A stretch of 64,000 bases of DNA from Microbotryum violaceum. Lineage: Eukaryota. The translations under genes were made by a program, and so were the position numbers. The stretch covers positions 1,736,001 through 1,800,000 of the forward strand of contig CDLV01000006.1 in assembly GCA_001244265.2 (NCBI GenBank). Reading direction: 5' to 3'. Each line of letters begins with the position of its first letter. Position 1 is the first letter of the stretch. Positions 11,613 through 25,028 of this stretch are shown one piece after another. A model generated the notes under the pieces. It made no database searches, had not been told where the DNA came from, and saw only the letters and a program-made list of their open reading frames with translations.

Positions 11613-14600
11613 ATGGCGGGCAACACAACCTCTCGCCCATGCCCTTGTTCCTGGTGCAAAGGGGCTTCAGTGTCAAAAGCGACCTTCTACCGCCATCACG
11701 CTCGACAACATAATGGACCCCGCGCTACCGAAGAGGCTGCCATTCTCGAGGTACCGCGGCAGCCATCGATGCTTCTAGCACCGCCTGGTCCCCAGTCTCA
11801 ATTATTCCAGCCCCCACGACCTACACCCAGTTGGTTCGCAACCCGCTCGCCACAAAAATATACCCAATCCGCAGAGCGAATCGTGTCGCGAAAGGCGTTC
11901 GTCGATTCTTCGATGGGCGCTCAGCTCAATGACTCGGCGCTTTCAAACGACACACAAGCCTATGGCAGCGTCTCGAGTAATATTTCGCACACCGATGCAC
12001 CAAACTCACCATCGCTGCTCTACGAGAGCGAAGAATTCAGTATGAACATCAGCCCCGAGCTTCCCCAGATCCCTGAAGGCGATTACGATTTCGAGCGAGC
12101 TTCTTGGACGGGGGGGTCAATGGACAGTTTCGAAGGCCATGCACTGGAGTCGGACCAAGACGTACTTCGCCAGACACAACTGTTTGAAATGACTTCCGCT
12201 TTGGAGACGACATCCCCCGCCGTGCAGCCCCTCGACAATTACAGTTCGAGCTCGCTCCCATTCGACGACGACGATCCACTTGTCGTCGAGGAACTTTGGG
12301 GAGCGGATCAACGGTTGGATGCCAATGGTGTCTACAACACACCCACCACATCCCGATTGTCCAGCTCCCAGGAGCGCCCAGTGGCAGAGGAGGAAGTTCG
12401 CCAAGAGATCGAGTTGGGTGAGATTCCTATCATAAATTGAATGTTGCTAGTGAGTAGGCGAGTGCTGCGTCCCTGATGTGAACCTCTGCTCCACTGCCTT
12501 CAGCCAAGGCTCTCCCGCACTACGACGTGGACACACTGTACGACTTTTCTTTTCGACATATGTACAACATGACGCGCCAGGCGAGCAAAATCTGGGAGGT
12601 ACTTGGGAGTCGGCTTAGTTTGCAGAAAGTACGTACTCGAGTGTTTGCATTGACAGGTAAGTAGTCGGGCTGCATTCCATTCTTGATCTTGAAAGCGTAG
12701 TGTTCGCTGACAGTTCGTCGATTTAGGCTTGAAGCCTGTTCGGATACCCTGCTGCGTCAAGACCTGTGTTGCTTTCACTGGGCCGAGAGAAGCATTGACA
12801 CGTTGTCCAGTATGCAATTCGCCGAAACTGGATCAAAATGGCCATCCTCAAAATACATTTCTGTACCTGTCGCCCGACGTGTACTTAAACATCTACCTGC
12901 GCGATCGAGTGTACGCCTCCTTGATGCGTTATCGATCCGACTTTGAGCGCAATCGAGATCCTCAAGAGGTCGTGGACTTATCTGACGGTGATCGTTATCG
13001 CGAGAAGCTGGATCAGAACATATCATGGACGAACCCACCTATCGCAGGTGCATCCCAACCGACCGTCTCTACAATCAACGTCAAGTATTATGAGAACGAT
13101 GTCGACGTCGCGTTCGGGCTGTTCACCGATGGCATTCAACTATTCAACAAGACTCAGAGCGAATACTGGCCAATCATGATGATCAATTACAACCTACCGC
13201 CAGATATACGTTACAAGAAGAAGCATCTCATGACCGTCGGCATCATACCCGGCCCCAAGGGCCCCAAAGACATTGATTCATTTCTTCATCCCCTATACGA
13301 AGATGCTCGAGCATCGGCTAGAAACGGACACATGGTCTTTGACGGTGTTACAGAGGTGTGTAATAGCGTCGCCGAGTTAAGTCCTGCATATCTTCCGCCC
13401 CGTGGAGACTGATGCACATTGCCGCATTGACAGACCATGGTGCGACAGCGATGGTTCATACACGTGATTGGAGGCGACGGACCTGCTCTCTCAAAGATGC
13501 TTGGTTTCAAGGGTCCAACCGCCAAATGGCCTTGCCGAGTCTGCCTCATTCAAGGAGTTCCATGCGCTGCTGCCCACAATCACAACTACTACTACCTCAA
13601 GATGCCTCTCGACTCATCGCATGCGAACCGATCTGATCTGACCGCTTTAGATCTTCCCATGCGTTCGGAAGAAACGATCCGCGAAGCGGCATCGGAAAAA
13701 AAATCATACATTCGGCCTCAGCAAGCTGAGCTCGGCGGCGCACCTTCCTGGATTTTCGCTTCATCAAGACGGACCTTCGGACTTCATGCACGCTGTCTTC
13801 GAAAACGTCGCTCGAAAGCTCTTCAATATGTGGCATGGTGACTTGGCGGCTCAGAAATCAAAGGGTTACAAGACCCAGGCGCCACAAGCTCAGAGAGGCA
13901 GATCCGCGCAAGGAAAGGTGACATCGGCGGCTAGTGCAGAAGCAACGACGTCCGCGGCCGCAGTAGACGAAGCGCTTGGGACCGACTTACCTGACTGGGT
14001 GATACCAAACAAAATATGGGAGGTCATTGGCCAGGAAATCACCAACGGCGCAAAGACAATACCCAGCCTATTCACTCAAAAGATGCCCAACATCCACCTA
14101 CAGACTGGCGCAATGACTGCAGAGGATTGGTCGAACTGGATTCTCTATGTTGGCCCCTGTGTTCTTCATGATCGACTGCCCGCCAAATATTTCGCCCACT
14201 TCCTGGCGCTTCGGAGGTGGGTTAAAGATTGCATGGCTATGACAATCAACAAGGAGGATGTAGCCAAGGATGGCGCTCTTCGACGTGACATAGCCTCCTG
14301 GTGTACCGAGTTTGAATCGTAAGCCCTCACGGTGCCACTCTTCCCTGAAGGACCTCAATCATCTGACCCTAATCTGCCTTGTTTACCTCGGCTTCAGATT
14401 ATATTACTCAGGGAAATCAGCTCACTTGATCAATCTGCCGCACTCGGTTCATGCGGTCTTACACATAGCCGATTTCATCGAATGGCATGGGCCACCTGCC
14501 ATGACTTGGTGCTTTGCCATGGAGCGGCTCAACCAAACGGTCAAGCGTGTCGCAAGCAAGGCTCATCGTCTACCATATGAAGCAGTGAATCGTTGTCAGT

Positions 14601-16165
14601 AGTGCTCTGCCCAATTAATACGAGTTGATTGCGATGTAAAATCTCTGACCACTTCTCTGTAACCCATGCAGATGTTGAAGTAAATTACTCTTGCCTTAAA
14701 TCCGCACTACGCGCGTCTCCACTTTATATTAGTCGCGCGCGCGATTCGCGTCTTTGTCTCCTCTTCTTCACTTGATTACGAACTCATTGGCTCGTCCCTG
14801 CCGCCAACTCGTTCAGGTATGTGAAGAACTCCTTTATTGCAATCTTTACTTGATTACGAACTCATTGGCTCGTCCCTGCCGCCAACTCGTTCAGGTATGT
14901 GAAGAACTCCTTTATTGCAATCTTTACTTGATTACGAACTCATTGGCTCGTCCCTGCCGCCAACTCGTTCAGCTCATCGCTGTTCAGTTTCAATAGCAGA
15001 TGTGTGTGCGGATGCTGCCTTGCAAATGGCGTGTTCGCGCTTTCCTCGCTTCTCTTATCCCATCACTGTACCGGCACTGATGAAGCATCAGCAGGACAAG
15101 CAGATGGAGCTCGAGCAGATGCAACAGTCACGGGGGTTTTTCATGAACGCAACGGGAGATCAAATGCGCGGTTCGTCCGCGGCCGCATCACGACAAGCTT
15201 CGAGTGAAAATGGGGACTCGGGGGCCGAAGCTTTGGGTCTTTACGGACGGCGCAGTAACAAGCTGAAGCAGGGACCGGGTATCAACGATGTAATGCGAGT
15301 TGCACAATTCATTGCACGCGAATTGTTTGGTCAGCTGGCCCCTGTGGTCTTCAAGCGAAAGGTGCGTATTCACATTTGGTTCAGATCCATCCGGCATTTC
15401 GAATTGCTAATCTGCGGCTCACTGCCGCATAAGTTGACGCAATCAGGACATCAATTTTGAGCTTGTCGATCAATTCTTTTGAAGGCTACCGCATGGACTC
15501 TGGACGGGACCGGATTGCGGCGGCGGAGCGACTGTCAAAGCATGCAAGAGTTTCTGCAGACACACGGGATGCTTCATGGATCTCAGTAAGTTATAGTACC
15601 AGGTTACGATTACAGTTACGCTGAGGGAGCATTTTCAGTACGATCTATTGATAGACAATAGTCGACGTCGTGCAAAAGACAGCTCTCAGGCGTTCCCTCG
15701 TGAAGGCGAAGGAGCCGATCGTGTCAAACATTTTGGTCAACTTTTGGCGATTTATGAGTTCCGATATGGGGAGCAGGTGCGCGCATTCGCACTTGGTTGT
15801 GCCAGGCGGCCTTACGACCCTGACACATTCCTCTCGCTTCATAGAACTTCCTGCTTGGGAAGGTACGGTCGCTTGGTTTGAGCCACTTGCAACCTGTCGA
15901 CACGGTCGAACGGGCCCCGATTGCCAAGCCGACGCCAAAGCGGCAAAAGAGGAAGGCTTTGTCTGTTGTAGGAGGGCACAAGCATCAGAATTTGTTCTTC
16001 ACTCAAGGTAAACGTGCTTCAGGAGCGGTCGAGATTGTGGATCTGTGGTGCATCCTGGGCTCAGCTGGTCGCATACATCGGAGGGTTGGTCGAGAGGAGT
16101 CCTGGGAGTACATCTTTGACCGGATGGATGACGAAGCTCGGCCCAATTTTCTGAACCTGGAATAA
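11613..16165 (+). CDS. En/Spm Tnp2-family (Transposase_21-like) transposase, multi-exon, possibly inactive
   Basis: CCVKTCVAFTG..CPVC, GLFTDGIQLF..YWPIMMINYNLPP..GIIPGPKGPKDIDSFLHPL, GDGPALSKMLGFKG..CRVC, MHAVFEN, HAVLHIADFIEWHGPPAMTWCFAMER. Confidence 0.88.
14673..14995. mobile_element. Solo LTR, copy 1 (323 bp)
   Basis: TGTTGAA...TTCAATA termini. 5-bp TSD GCAGA at 14668-14672 and 14996-15000. Internal 78-bp tandem unit. Near-identical copy at 27448. Confidence 0.88.
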
Positions 16166-17849
16166 TACACTGGCTTCCTTCACTCGTCTGTTTCATCCAC
16201 TGCCAGAGGCAAGAGTGTTACAGAGAAGTTCTAGACATCCGAGTGGTGGTATTGCGGTGGTAACAACCCAGACCCGGTAGTAACTACGCTGCACGTACAG
16301 AAGAAACCCGGAGGCCGGGGGAATAACCATCCAGGCAGATATTACCCATGTCAAAGTTAATACCCGGCTGGGGGGTATTACCGCGCGCCTGGTTATTACC
16401 CCTTCAGCTGGGTATTACCCCCCTTCGGCTGGGTATTAACCCCGTTCAGCTGGGTATTAACCCCCAGCCGGGTATTACCCGTCAGCTGAGTATTACCCAG
16501 GCGCGCTCGGGACAATACCCAGTGAGACCTGTAATACCCTTCAGAATGGGTATTACCGGAATTAACCGACCCTCAGTGTCAAGCCTCGAGGAAAAAAATC
16601 CAAAAGTAGGCGGTCCCTAGATGGTGCCATTGTGATTTCAACTGCGGCGCACCTGATCAGAAGAGAAAATGTATCGCGCCATCTCATTGCAAACACTTTC
16701 TCATAGGGATCATGCGACCCAATCCAGTCATAAAAGCGGGGAGCTCCTCCAAAAAGCGGCGGCTTATAGCAAGGTGATCAGTTTGGAGGATGATGAGAAT
16801 AAGAATGAGGATGAAGATGAGGTTGTGGAGGAAGAAGATGAGGATTTCAACATGTAGACATGTAGAAGTCTCCCTGTGCGAAATTAGGTAATCCCTGAAG
16901 CTCGTTAGAGCTGAAGGTTTCGTTTCGTAAAATGGGGGGGGTCCCAGCCTGGTGCTATTCTGAGATTTTATTGGACGAAATGGCGAAAATACCCCGCACG
17001 CGCGTGGCTGTTGAAGTCCCATAGGAGAGCCCGATTTCAGCGCCAATTGGTGCGAGCAGCAAAAACCGAAATAGAAGAAAATCGGCCATTTACTATCCTT
17101 ATTCTTAAGACTACATAAAAAAAAACGTCCTGAGACAAAGACAAACCACGTGGCACAAACCACGTGGCGTGACGTCATAGCAGCTCTCGGTCCAGCGTCC
17201 CAGCTAGCTAGCGCTGTTTCAGACCGTTTCGCCTACGTTCGCCGAGGTTTCATTGAATAGCACGTGACTCTCTGTATCCCGAAGCAGACTGTTTTGCGTG
17301 TCTACCACGTCGACGTCAAAGAACGTCAGAGAACGGGAGACAAACCACGTGGCGACAGACCGTTCCGTCCACGTTCGCCGAGGTCCCAACGTTCGTCGAG
17401 GTTCCATTTCCCATCAAAGCAGCCTGGCACATGACCCTCTGCTTCGGGCTTCACTCCACGACGTTCCGCGGCCTTCTGCGACATTCTATGAGTCCGATTT
17501 AAACTGAGGCGCAGGCTTCTCCATCTTTCTCCCTCCTGCTCTTCACACCTTATCCCATCGCCACCTCGAGCTCGCGGCATCCGAAGCGGTCGTCGTGGAA
17601 GGTCTGCAACGAATACGAGATCAAGAAATGCCTGCCGCATGCAACATAGCTACGAATTCGAGTAAGTAACTTCATGAACTGTGCTCTTGGTGTGGGATTG
17701 TTCAGAAGCTAATGGAAAACTACCAAGCAGAAATTCCCTTCAACACGTCCTCTTTGAATGTCAACTCTCGAGTTGTTTCTTCACCGTCAGCTGGTGACCC
17801 TGCATGCGTGAGTTATCCCTTGACATGACTGTGCAGTCTTAGATATGAC

Positions 17850-17918
17850 GGACAAACTGATACGAGAAACAGGGACAAACTGATACGAGAAACAGGGACA
17901 AACTGATACGAGAAACAG
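17850..17918. repeat. 23-bp tandem repeat x3
   Basis: GGACAAACTGATACGAGAAACAG occurs three times exactly. Confidence 0.9.
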
Positions 17919-17944
17919 ACATTGAACGTCAGTGATAGCGCGGA

Positions 17945-19960
17945 AGCATTGACTTCGTACGGTTGAGAATCCGGGTCATCGGCACACCAAATGTGAGTCT
18001 TCACTGCCATTGCTACAGATGGACAACAGCAAGAATACTGATAGTTGTAACGAATCACTCAAGAAACAGGCTCTGGTCGCGTGAATTGCGGCTCACCATC
18101 CCGTGGCAGATCCTCAACGTCTTGGTTCGGTGGGGTGACCATCGCGTTGGCAGGTGTGTGCCAATCTTTCGATAGCAAAACGCAGAGCAGCATGACTAAT
18201 GACCGTTTGGACTGTAACCTCGCAGGAAATCCGAAGCAATGCCTTCCCGTTATTCCCAAGTCATCCCATATTCGTTGCAGAGCTTCCACGAGGACCCCTT
18301 CAGGTGTTGCGAGCTCGAGGCCGATTTGTCTCGAGAATAGTTCGGGCCGGTTCGACGTCCGCATGTTTGTCTGCGCTTGCACCGTGCCGCTGTTAGTATA
18401 GGGTCTAAAAGCAGGCAAGGACGGCTACTTACAGAGATGCAGCACCTCAACTTCCCCCCTGAAGTCTGCATTCTATGATGCAAGCGTCGACGATTTGTGC
18501 AGGCGATGACTTGGGAATAACGGGAAGGCATTGTTGGGAATAACTCAAGAAATGTGTGCAGTATGCAGTATAGATCCCGTGGCAGATCTTCAACGGCTCG
18601 GTTCGGTGTAGTGACCGTCGTGTTGGCAGGTGTGTGCCAATCCTTCAAGAGCAAAGCGCAGGACAGCATAATTAACCGACCGGTTCGACTGTAACATCAC
18701 AGGGGATCCGAAGCAATGCCTTCCCATTATTCCCAAGTCATCGCCTACACAAATGGTCGATTTCGTTGATGCTCCGGGAGGGACAGGCAAAACGAACGGT
18801 CCTTGCTCGAATTCGGTCAGAGGGAACATACGCTCTTGCCGTTGCATCATCGGGTATTGCTGCACTGCTACTGCCAAAAGGCAGCACGGCACATTCGCGG
18901 TTCAAGATCCCGATCGACATCTTCGACGGCTCTACGTGCAATGTTCCGAGATAAGGACAGCTCGCCGAGCTTTGGGACGAGGCACCGATGCAGCACCGTC
19001 GATGTTTCCAGCTGGTGGACAGGATGTTGCAAGATTTGCGATCGTCAACGGCTCGGTTTGGTGGACTGACCGTCGTGTTGACAGGTTCGTGCCAATCTTT
19101 CAACAGCACAGCGCAGGGCAGCATGACTAACTGACCGGTTGGACTGTAACATCACAGGGGACAACTTTTCTCAAGATGCCTTCCCGTTATTTCCAAGTCA
19201 TCGCCTGCACAAATCGTCGACGCTTGCAACATGGAATGCTGGCTTCTGGGGGAAGTTGAGGGGCTGCATCTCGTGGCAGATCCTCAACGGCTCGGTTCGG
19301 TGGAGTGACCGTCGTGTTGGCAGGTATGTTCCAATTTTTTGAAAGCAAAGCGCAGGGCAGCATGACTAACTGACCGGTAGGACTGTACCATCACAGGGGA
19401 TCCGAAGCAATGCCTTCCCGTTATTCCCAAGTCGCTTGCTTCATGGAATGCTGACTTCTGGGGGAAGTTGAGGTGTGGCTTGACTTCGTACGGTGCAGAA
19501 TCCGGGTCATGGGAACACTAAATGCGAGTCTTCACTGCCATTGCTACAGATGGACAACAGCAAGAATACTGATAGCTGCACGACGTCTCGGAGGTCTGAA
19601 GACCAGCAACAACATTGTCAATGGGAAAGGCCTGAGCGAGAGCGTTCCGGTCCGGTCCGGTCCCACACAGTTCTTCGCCGAACCCTGCCTCTATCACATC
19701 AACATCAACGAATCATTCTACTTCCAGAGGGTCTAGGGCACATCAATTGCGGAGACTCAGGGAAAGGCAGCAAATGATTCTATCAATCAATCGCCTCCAC
19801 CCCAGCCAACGCCCGACGTCCACTCTGTCCCGGTGGATGTCGTCATCCAATGGTCCCACCGCCTGTGAACGCTGCGATCTCTCGAAGGCCTCAAGGTCAG
19901 CAAAGACGTCGTCAACGGGAAAGGCTCGAGCGTTCCGGTCCAGTCCAGTCCCCTAAAATC
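17945..19960 (+). mobile_element. Helitron Pif1-helicase relics, duplicated and rearranged
   Basis: FVDAPGGTGKT (Walker A), LAVASSGIAALLLPKGSTAHSRFKIP, WDEAPMQHR, and GDPKQCLPVIPKS-type segments in several partial copies. Confidence 0.85.
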
Positions 19961-20423
19961 GCTGTTTTTAACTAGGTTGCGGCCTGGAGGGCCGCCTGTG
20001 GTGGATGTACCAGCATACTGTTGTGTCTGCTGCACCTGCCTGTGGTGTCGGGGTTCCGATCAGAAGTCATGTACAAGCCCTGTGGTGACTTTTGTATTTT
20101 TCGCGCCGTTCCAACGAAGCTACAGCGCTCCCAGTATTTTCCTTCTTTTTTTCGCTGACATAAAACAATGCTTCCACTCATATGGTATTTAATGAACCGC
20201 AAGCGCGTGGCTTTGCATGATATTGCTTCTACAGCAGAGCTCTGCCTGACGCGCGAGGCGAGGGCTGGCGTTTGTCACGTGATGCGGTGCGCCGGCGGTG
20301 TCAGTGTCATTCCGGCAGTCGACCAGCGGCATTAGGGGCTGAACAACAAGTCAAACCACGTAAATAATCCTGCGCCACTCCCTCGAACCTTTCCTTTCTC
20401 CCTCCCACTCTCATCCAATTTTA

Positions 20424-22400
20424 GTGACACTCATTCAAGAACAAACCCTCGCTACTATGCCTCGGTCCCAAGGTCGCCAGGGACTCGGGCCATCGCAACC
20501 TCGCCAAGTCTTGGGCGTGAGGGTAGCGCCGTCCCATGGGCCTGCTCGAGCGCCCGCTGCTGGGCGCCCCGCGGCTCGACCCTCCTCTTCGTCCCGCTCC
20601 GATCAACAGAATCAGCCCCCGGCGTGTCATGACAACAATTCAACCGATTTTGGCATTGCGACACGTATACGAGCCCGCCGTGCAGCTGTGCAGAACGGAC
20701 AGCGTCGTCAGCGCGATGGCCAACTCGACGCTGGGCTCGCCCCACCACCACCTCCGCAAAGGCGAGTGCGCCGGGCTCGAATCGCGCTCAAACCCCTCAA
20801 GCCCCACGTTTTCGCAGGGCAAGGTGCAGCTACCTCCCCCTCCCCAGCCCAATCTCGAGTATCGGCAGCTTCTTCAAGGCTCGGATAGCGGTCAGTTGCT
20901 CCGTCCAACAACATTCGTCTGCAGTAGACCCACATGCTGAATTGTGCGATGCACCTACACAGACGCTAAAGCATTCCGCGAGAATGCCCGGTCTTACAAT
21001 AACGCGTTGTCCTTTACTTCGCTCGCTGCCTACTGCTGGGACCAAACCCAAGTGGGCACTCTAGGACCTCCCGTGTTTCGCGTGTTCGGCCGCCTCTATC
21101 ATCGACTCGGTGCCCTGATCCCTGCCGTGAATTAACGCCCAGCCTTTGCCCAGACATGGCTGATCGACCTGGCCGAGGCCACCGACAAACGACTTCAAGG
21201 ACCCGACAGCACAGAGACTCGCATACAAAGATCAACGCTGACCAAGCTAGAGTCCATGTTGCGCACTGGCAATCGCTTTGTGAGGGAGTTCGCATCGGCC
21301 AAACCTCGCGCAGGTTGGGATACGGCCAAAGAGTGGATCCTGCGCCTCTGCCTCCCGCCAAGCCGGGACCGACGCACCCACAACCCTCCTACGTCGAGCA
21401 CGGAAATGGCGATGCTTATCTGCGATTCCGACACCAACACGGGAGATCGTGGACCGCAAGACCTTATTCTCCAGGCGCACGGTGATCGATGTCCCGATAG
21501 TCGGCCCAAGTACCAAATCGTTAGCTCGCTCCATCCGTCCGCGATGCCTCTCCGTTACCCACTACTTTTTCCTGCAGGGGAAGATGGCTTCCACCCCAAC
21601 ATTCCTCTTTGCGGGTTCCACCAAGCCAGGCCGCCAATCGCCAGTAACTGAGAGCAGATCGACAATGGTGTCCAATTGCGCGAGGTACTTGCCGGTCTCG
21701 GTCTGGATGACGAAGGCGAACAGGAGGACGAAGACCGCGACAATGAGGATGAAGACGGTGAGGAAGGGGACGAAGAGGATGGTGATGGCGAACGTACGCG
21801 TCTTCGGCTCTTTCTTTGATGTTCCATTCTGCCGAAGGCGCAAGCACAGACTGACATTGAACTTTTGAACACCTAGGACGAAGGTCAAGTAAAGGGGTCG
21901 AGGTGGCGAGTCTCGCGTTCACAATTCTTTGCGCACTACTTGCCAAACGCGACGAGCACTTCTCAATCCCGCATTGCACCCAACGTCCCTTCCTGGAGTT
22001 CGTGAAACTCCCAAGTCAAGACCGATTGACTCAACATATCCGGTTACATCAAGAGAACCTACGCCTCACCACGACCCAAGGCATCAACGGCTTGACCCTT
22101 GTACGGCTTCGAAATCGCGGTGCGATGCGAGGCGACGGTTCAGCGCCGAGAGGAACAGCGAGAGATGTGGCAGGAGCGAACCAAATCGCGACATCACGCA
22201 GCGATACCAGGATGCGATGGCGTGCGTTGTCAAACATGGAAAGCCTCCGCTGCTCATCACGATGACGTACGACCCCGAAGCACCGGAAATCAAGGCTGCA
22301 CTGAGGCTGAATGACAAAGCATGCACCCGTCCGGATCTCATTGCACAAGTGTTTGAAGCCAAATCCGGCAACAAGCGACATGCAGGCTGTTTCGGCGATG
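20424..22400 (+). mobile_element. Helitron RepHel N-terminal/Rep relic (pseudogene)
   Basis: FRENARSYNNALSFTS..GPPVFRVFGRLYHRLGALIP*RPAFAQ, SLHPSAMPLRYPLLFPAGEDGF, YQDAMACVVKHGKPPLLITMT..RPDLIAQVF. Contains stops and frameshifts. Confidence 0.88.
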
Positions 22401-22757
22401 AATGTAGGATGAATGGATTTGTTTCTTTGCTGTACTTCGTAGGGTGTTTTCTCAACCTCTGCGCTGAGATCATGAAGACTGTTCGATTATCCTGCTTTTT
22501 TTTGAATTTGATCCTCCCGTTAATTTAACGGGTTCCCACTGGTAGGAAGAAACAAAATAAACATGCTACCCCGGATAGGAGGACCCTGCCTAGAAACGCA
22601 ATAGGGGAGCCCGATTTCAGCGCCGATCGGTTAGAACATTGCTCCCCGGATAGGAGGACCCCGCCTAAGCGCCCCGATCACTAATTCTCAATCGTCACTG
22701 GCCAGTGGCCACCAGCCCGGTTGCTAACCTGCCAAGTCGGCGCACTCAGCACACAGC

Positions 22758-25028
22758 ACAAAGGCTCAAGCGGCGTGTAAGTCGAACTCTTCGCCAGGGC
22801 CTGACGGCCTCCCGGTTGAGTTCTATCGCGCTACGTGGCCGGCCACTGGCCCGATTCTTCGAGACGTCATCAACTCGATCCCCACCGAGGCCCGTCAGCC
22901 TGGACCTCTTCCCCGCAACACCGCCCACATCCATCTCATCCACAAACGCGGCGAGAGGGATCAGCTTTCGAACAAACGCCCCATATCGCTCATCAATGCG
23001 GACGAGCGCATCATCTCGCAAGCCCACAACCAGCGCCTCGCTCCCTTGCTCGAGTCCCTGATCGGCCCAACCCACCTGTACCTTGATGCAGTCCTCTGCG
23101 CCGTTGGCCTCGGCCCCAAAGCCCGCCAATGGTACCGAGCGACCTACACCAACCAATCTGCCTCGATCTTCCTCAACGGTTGGCTCTCTGCCACTTTCGA
23201 CATCCTGTCGGGCGTTCGGCAAGGTGATCCTTTGGCTCCGTCTCTCTTCGTCCTGGCGATCGAAGGTTTTGCCTGTCAGATTCGATTGAGAGTCAAGGGC
23301 ATCGATATTGCGGGCCTCCAAAACGTTCGCGAACTCCTTTTTGCCGACGACGCTTGCTGCGCACTCCACAACCTCTCGGACCTCGACCACCTCAATCGGG
23401 CGATCGAGCTTTACGAACGGGCAAGTGCCAGCAAGCTCAGCAACGTCAAATCTTTCCTCTACCCCCTTGGAGCTTTTCGGGATCGGTCGATTGCCCCAGA
23501 TCTCGTGACCTGGCGTCTCAGCGATTCGCAGTTTCGCTACCTTGGTATTCAGGTCGGGGTGGAGATCGCCGAGGATGCGGGCTGGGAAGATGTCAAGGCC
23601 TCGACCATCGCTCGGATACGCTCGATTCCGATGTACGATCTCCCATATGCAGCCAAGTGTTCGATCATCAACATCTACTGCTACACAAAGATCTTGTACT
23701 ACAGCCGATTCCTTCCCGCCCCCAAGAGCGTTGTCAAGGAGATCGAGGAGGCCGCCATGCTCGCCATTCACGGTCGAGCTTCGGATGGTACTCAGCGACG
23801 TCCGAAGGTCTCCCGGTCGCGCCTCTGCACCCCTCTTGATCACGGCGGCTTCGGTTTGATTGATCTGCCTCGGCGTCTAGCAATCGATCACGCGAAGTGG
23901 GTCTTCCAGCTCCGGGCCCCGGACGGCTGCTTCACACGCCACCTCTTCGACATCCGCATCCGCCTCCAGGCACCAAACGAACCAACCCCTTTCACCTTGT
24001 CCAGACCGGCCCCCAACCAGCATCGTTGCCCTTGGATTTGGATCTGGTGGGCATAATTTTGCCATCCTCCCCCAAAGTGGGACCATGTGGTGAGAAAAAC
24101 GACAAAACTTCTTCCTGCTCGTTGGGTCCGATACTTCGAAGCCTGGGTGTTGGTGACCACGCTCAATCCCCCGGAACTCTTCAAGAGCCAGAACCTCGAG
24201 CAATGGGCGACGCACGTACTCTATTTCCCAGCGGGCCACGGAATACAACTCTCGGTAAACCCGACGCTTTTTCGAGGGCCCGATGGCGAGGTGATGACCC
24301 CGTCTTCGTTTGTGAACGCGTCCAAACGCCACCAAGTCTTCATCTTCCCCCCTATCTTCCCCAAGGGACACCAAAAGGTATTCGATCTGCCTGAGCAACG
24401 CTGGAACGCTTGGTGGAAGGCTTTGCGCAAGGTTCGCCGGGTTCACTCGGACGCCGAGGATACCGGCCACCTTCTCTCCCTGGGGTCCCTCCATCCGGGA
24501 AGCCAAGTCGCCTCCCCAACCAGCCCACATCCCAACAATCGATCTACCTCCTGTGTGATGTGCCTCTCGGAAGCACCGAGTGCCTGGTTCACCTCGCGGT
24601 CGGCTGCCCATTTGCCCGGCGCCTCTGGTCTGCTCTGTCCCCGACCCCCACCCAGTCTTTGTGGACTTTGTATGCCCGGTCGTGTCTCGCTCGGAACGTC
24701 GACTTGTCGAACTACGAGTCCTCTTTTTTCACTCGATCTGGAAGCTCTGTCGCCGTCGTCGATTCTCGTCGGATCTTTTGGAACCGATCACCGAAACGGA
24801 GTTCGAGGGGCTTCGAGCCTCTATTCAGGAGTCCAAGGGTCGCCTAGTGTCTCTGTAAGACACCAAAGGGGGTTTTAGTGGGTATGGTTGATCATGGTTC
24901 AGGGTCAATGAGTCCTACACTACTGGCTTCTGCCAGTGTGCGTAACAGCATTCCCTCCGACTTTTCCGAAGATTTAAGGTATTAATATACTTATGCTGTT
25001 AATGAAGTCTATCAAATAAATAAATAAA
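22758..25028 (+). mobile_element. 5'-truncated non-LTR retrotransposon (L1/Tx1-like RT), defective
   Basis: SPGPDGLPVEFY, RPISLINADERI, GVRQGDPLAPSLF, LFADD, C-terminal CxxC..H..C, (TAAA)n tail. Candidate TSD ACACAGC at 22751-22757 and 25029-25035. Stop at 24054. Confidence 0.92.

Larger units (their letters stand above)
9479..16578 (+). mobile_element. CACTA/En-Spm DNA transposon with CACTG termini
   Basis: CACTGAG at 9479 and CTCAGTG at 16572-16578. GGGTA(T/A)TACCC subterminal arrays at ~9500-9660 and ~16255-16560. Internal Tnp2-family transposase. Confidence 0.9.

Noticed and set aside
14769-14972. Regular repeats resembling a CRISPR array
   Set aside because: The 'spacers' are identical. 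It is a 78-bp tandem repeat inside an LTR, in a eukaryote with no cas genes.
16669-16857. Short ORF with an acidic tail, as a remnant of the outer element's transposase
   Set aside because: Low complexity only, with no transposase motif.
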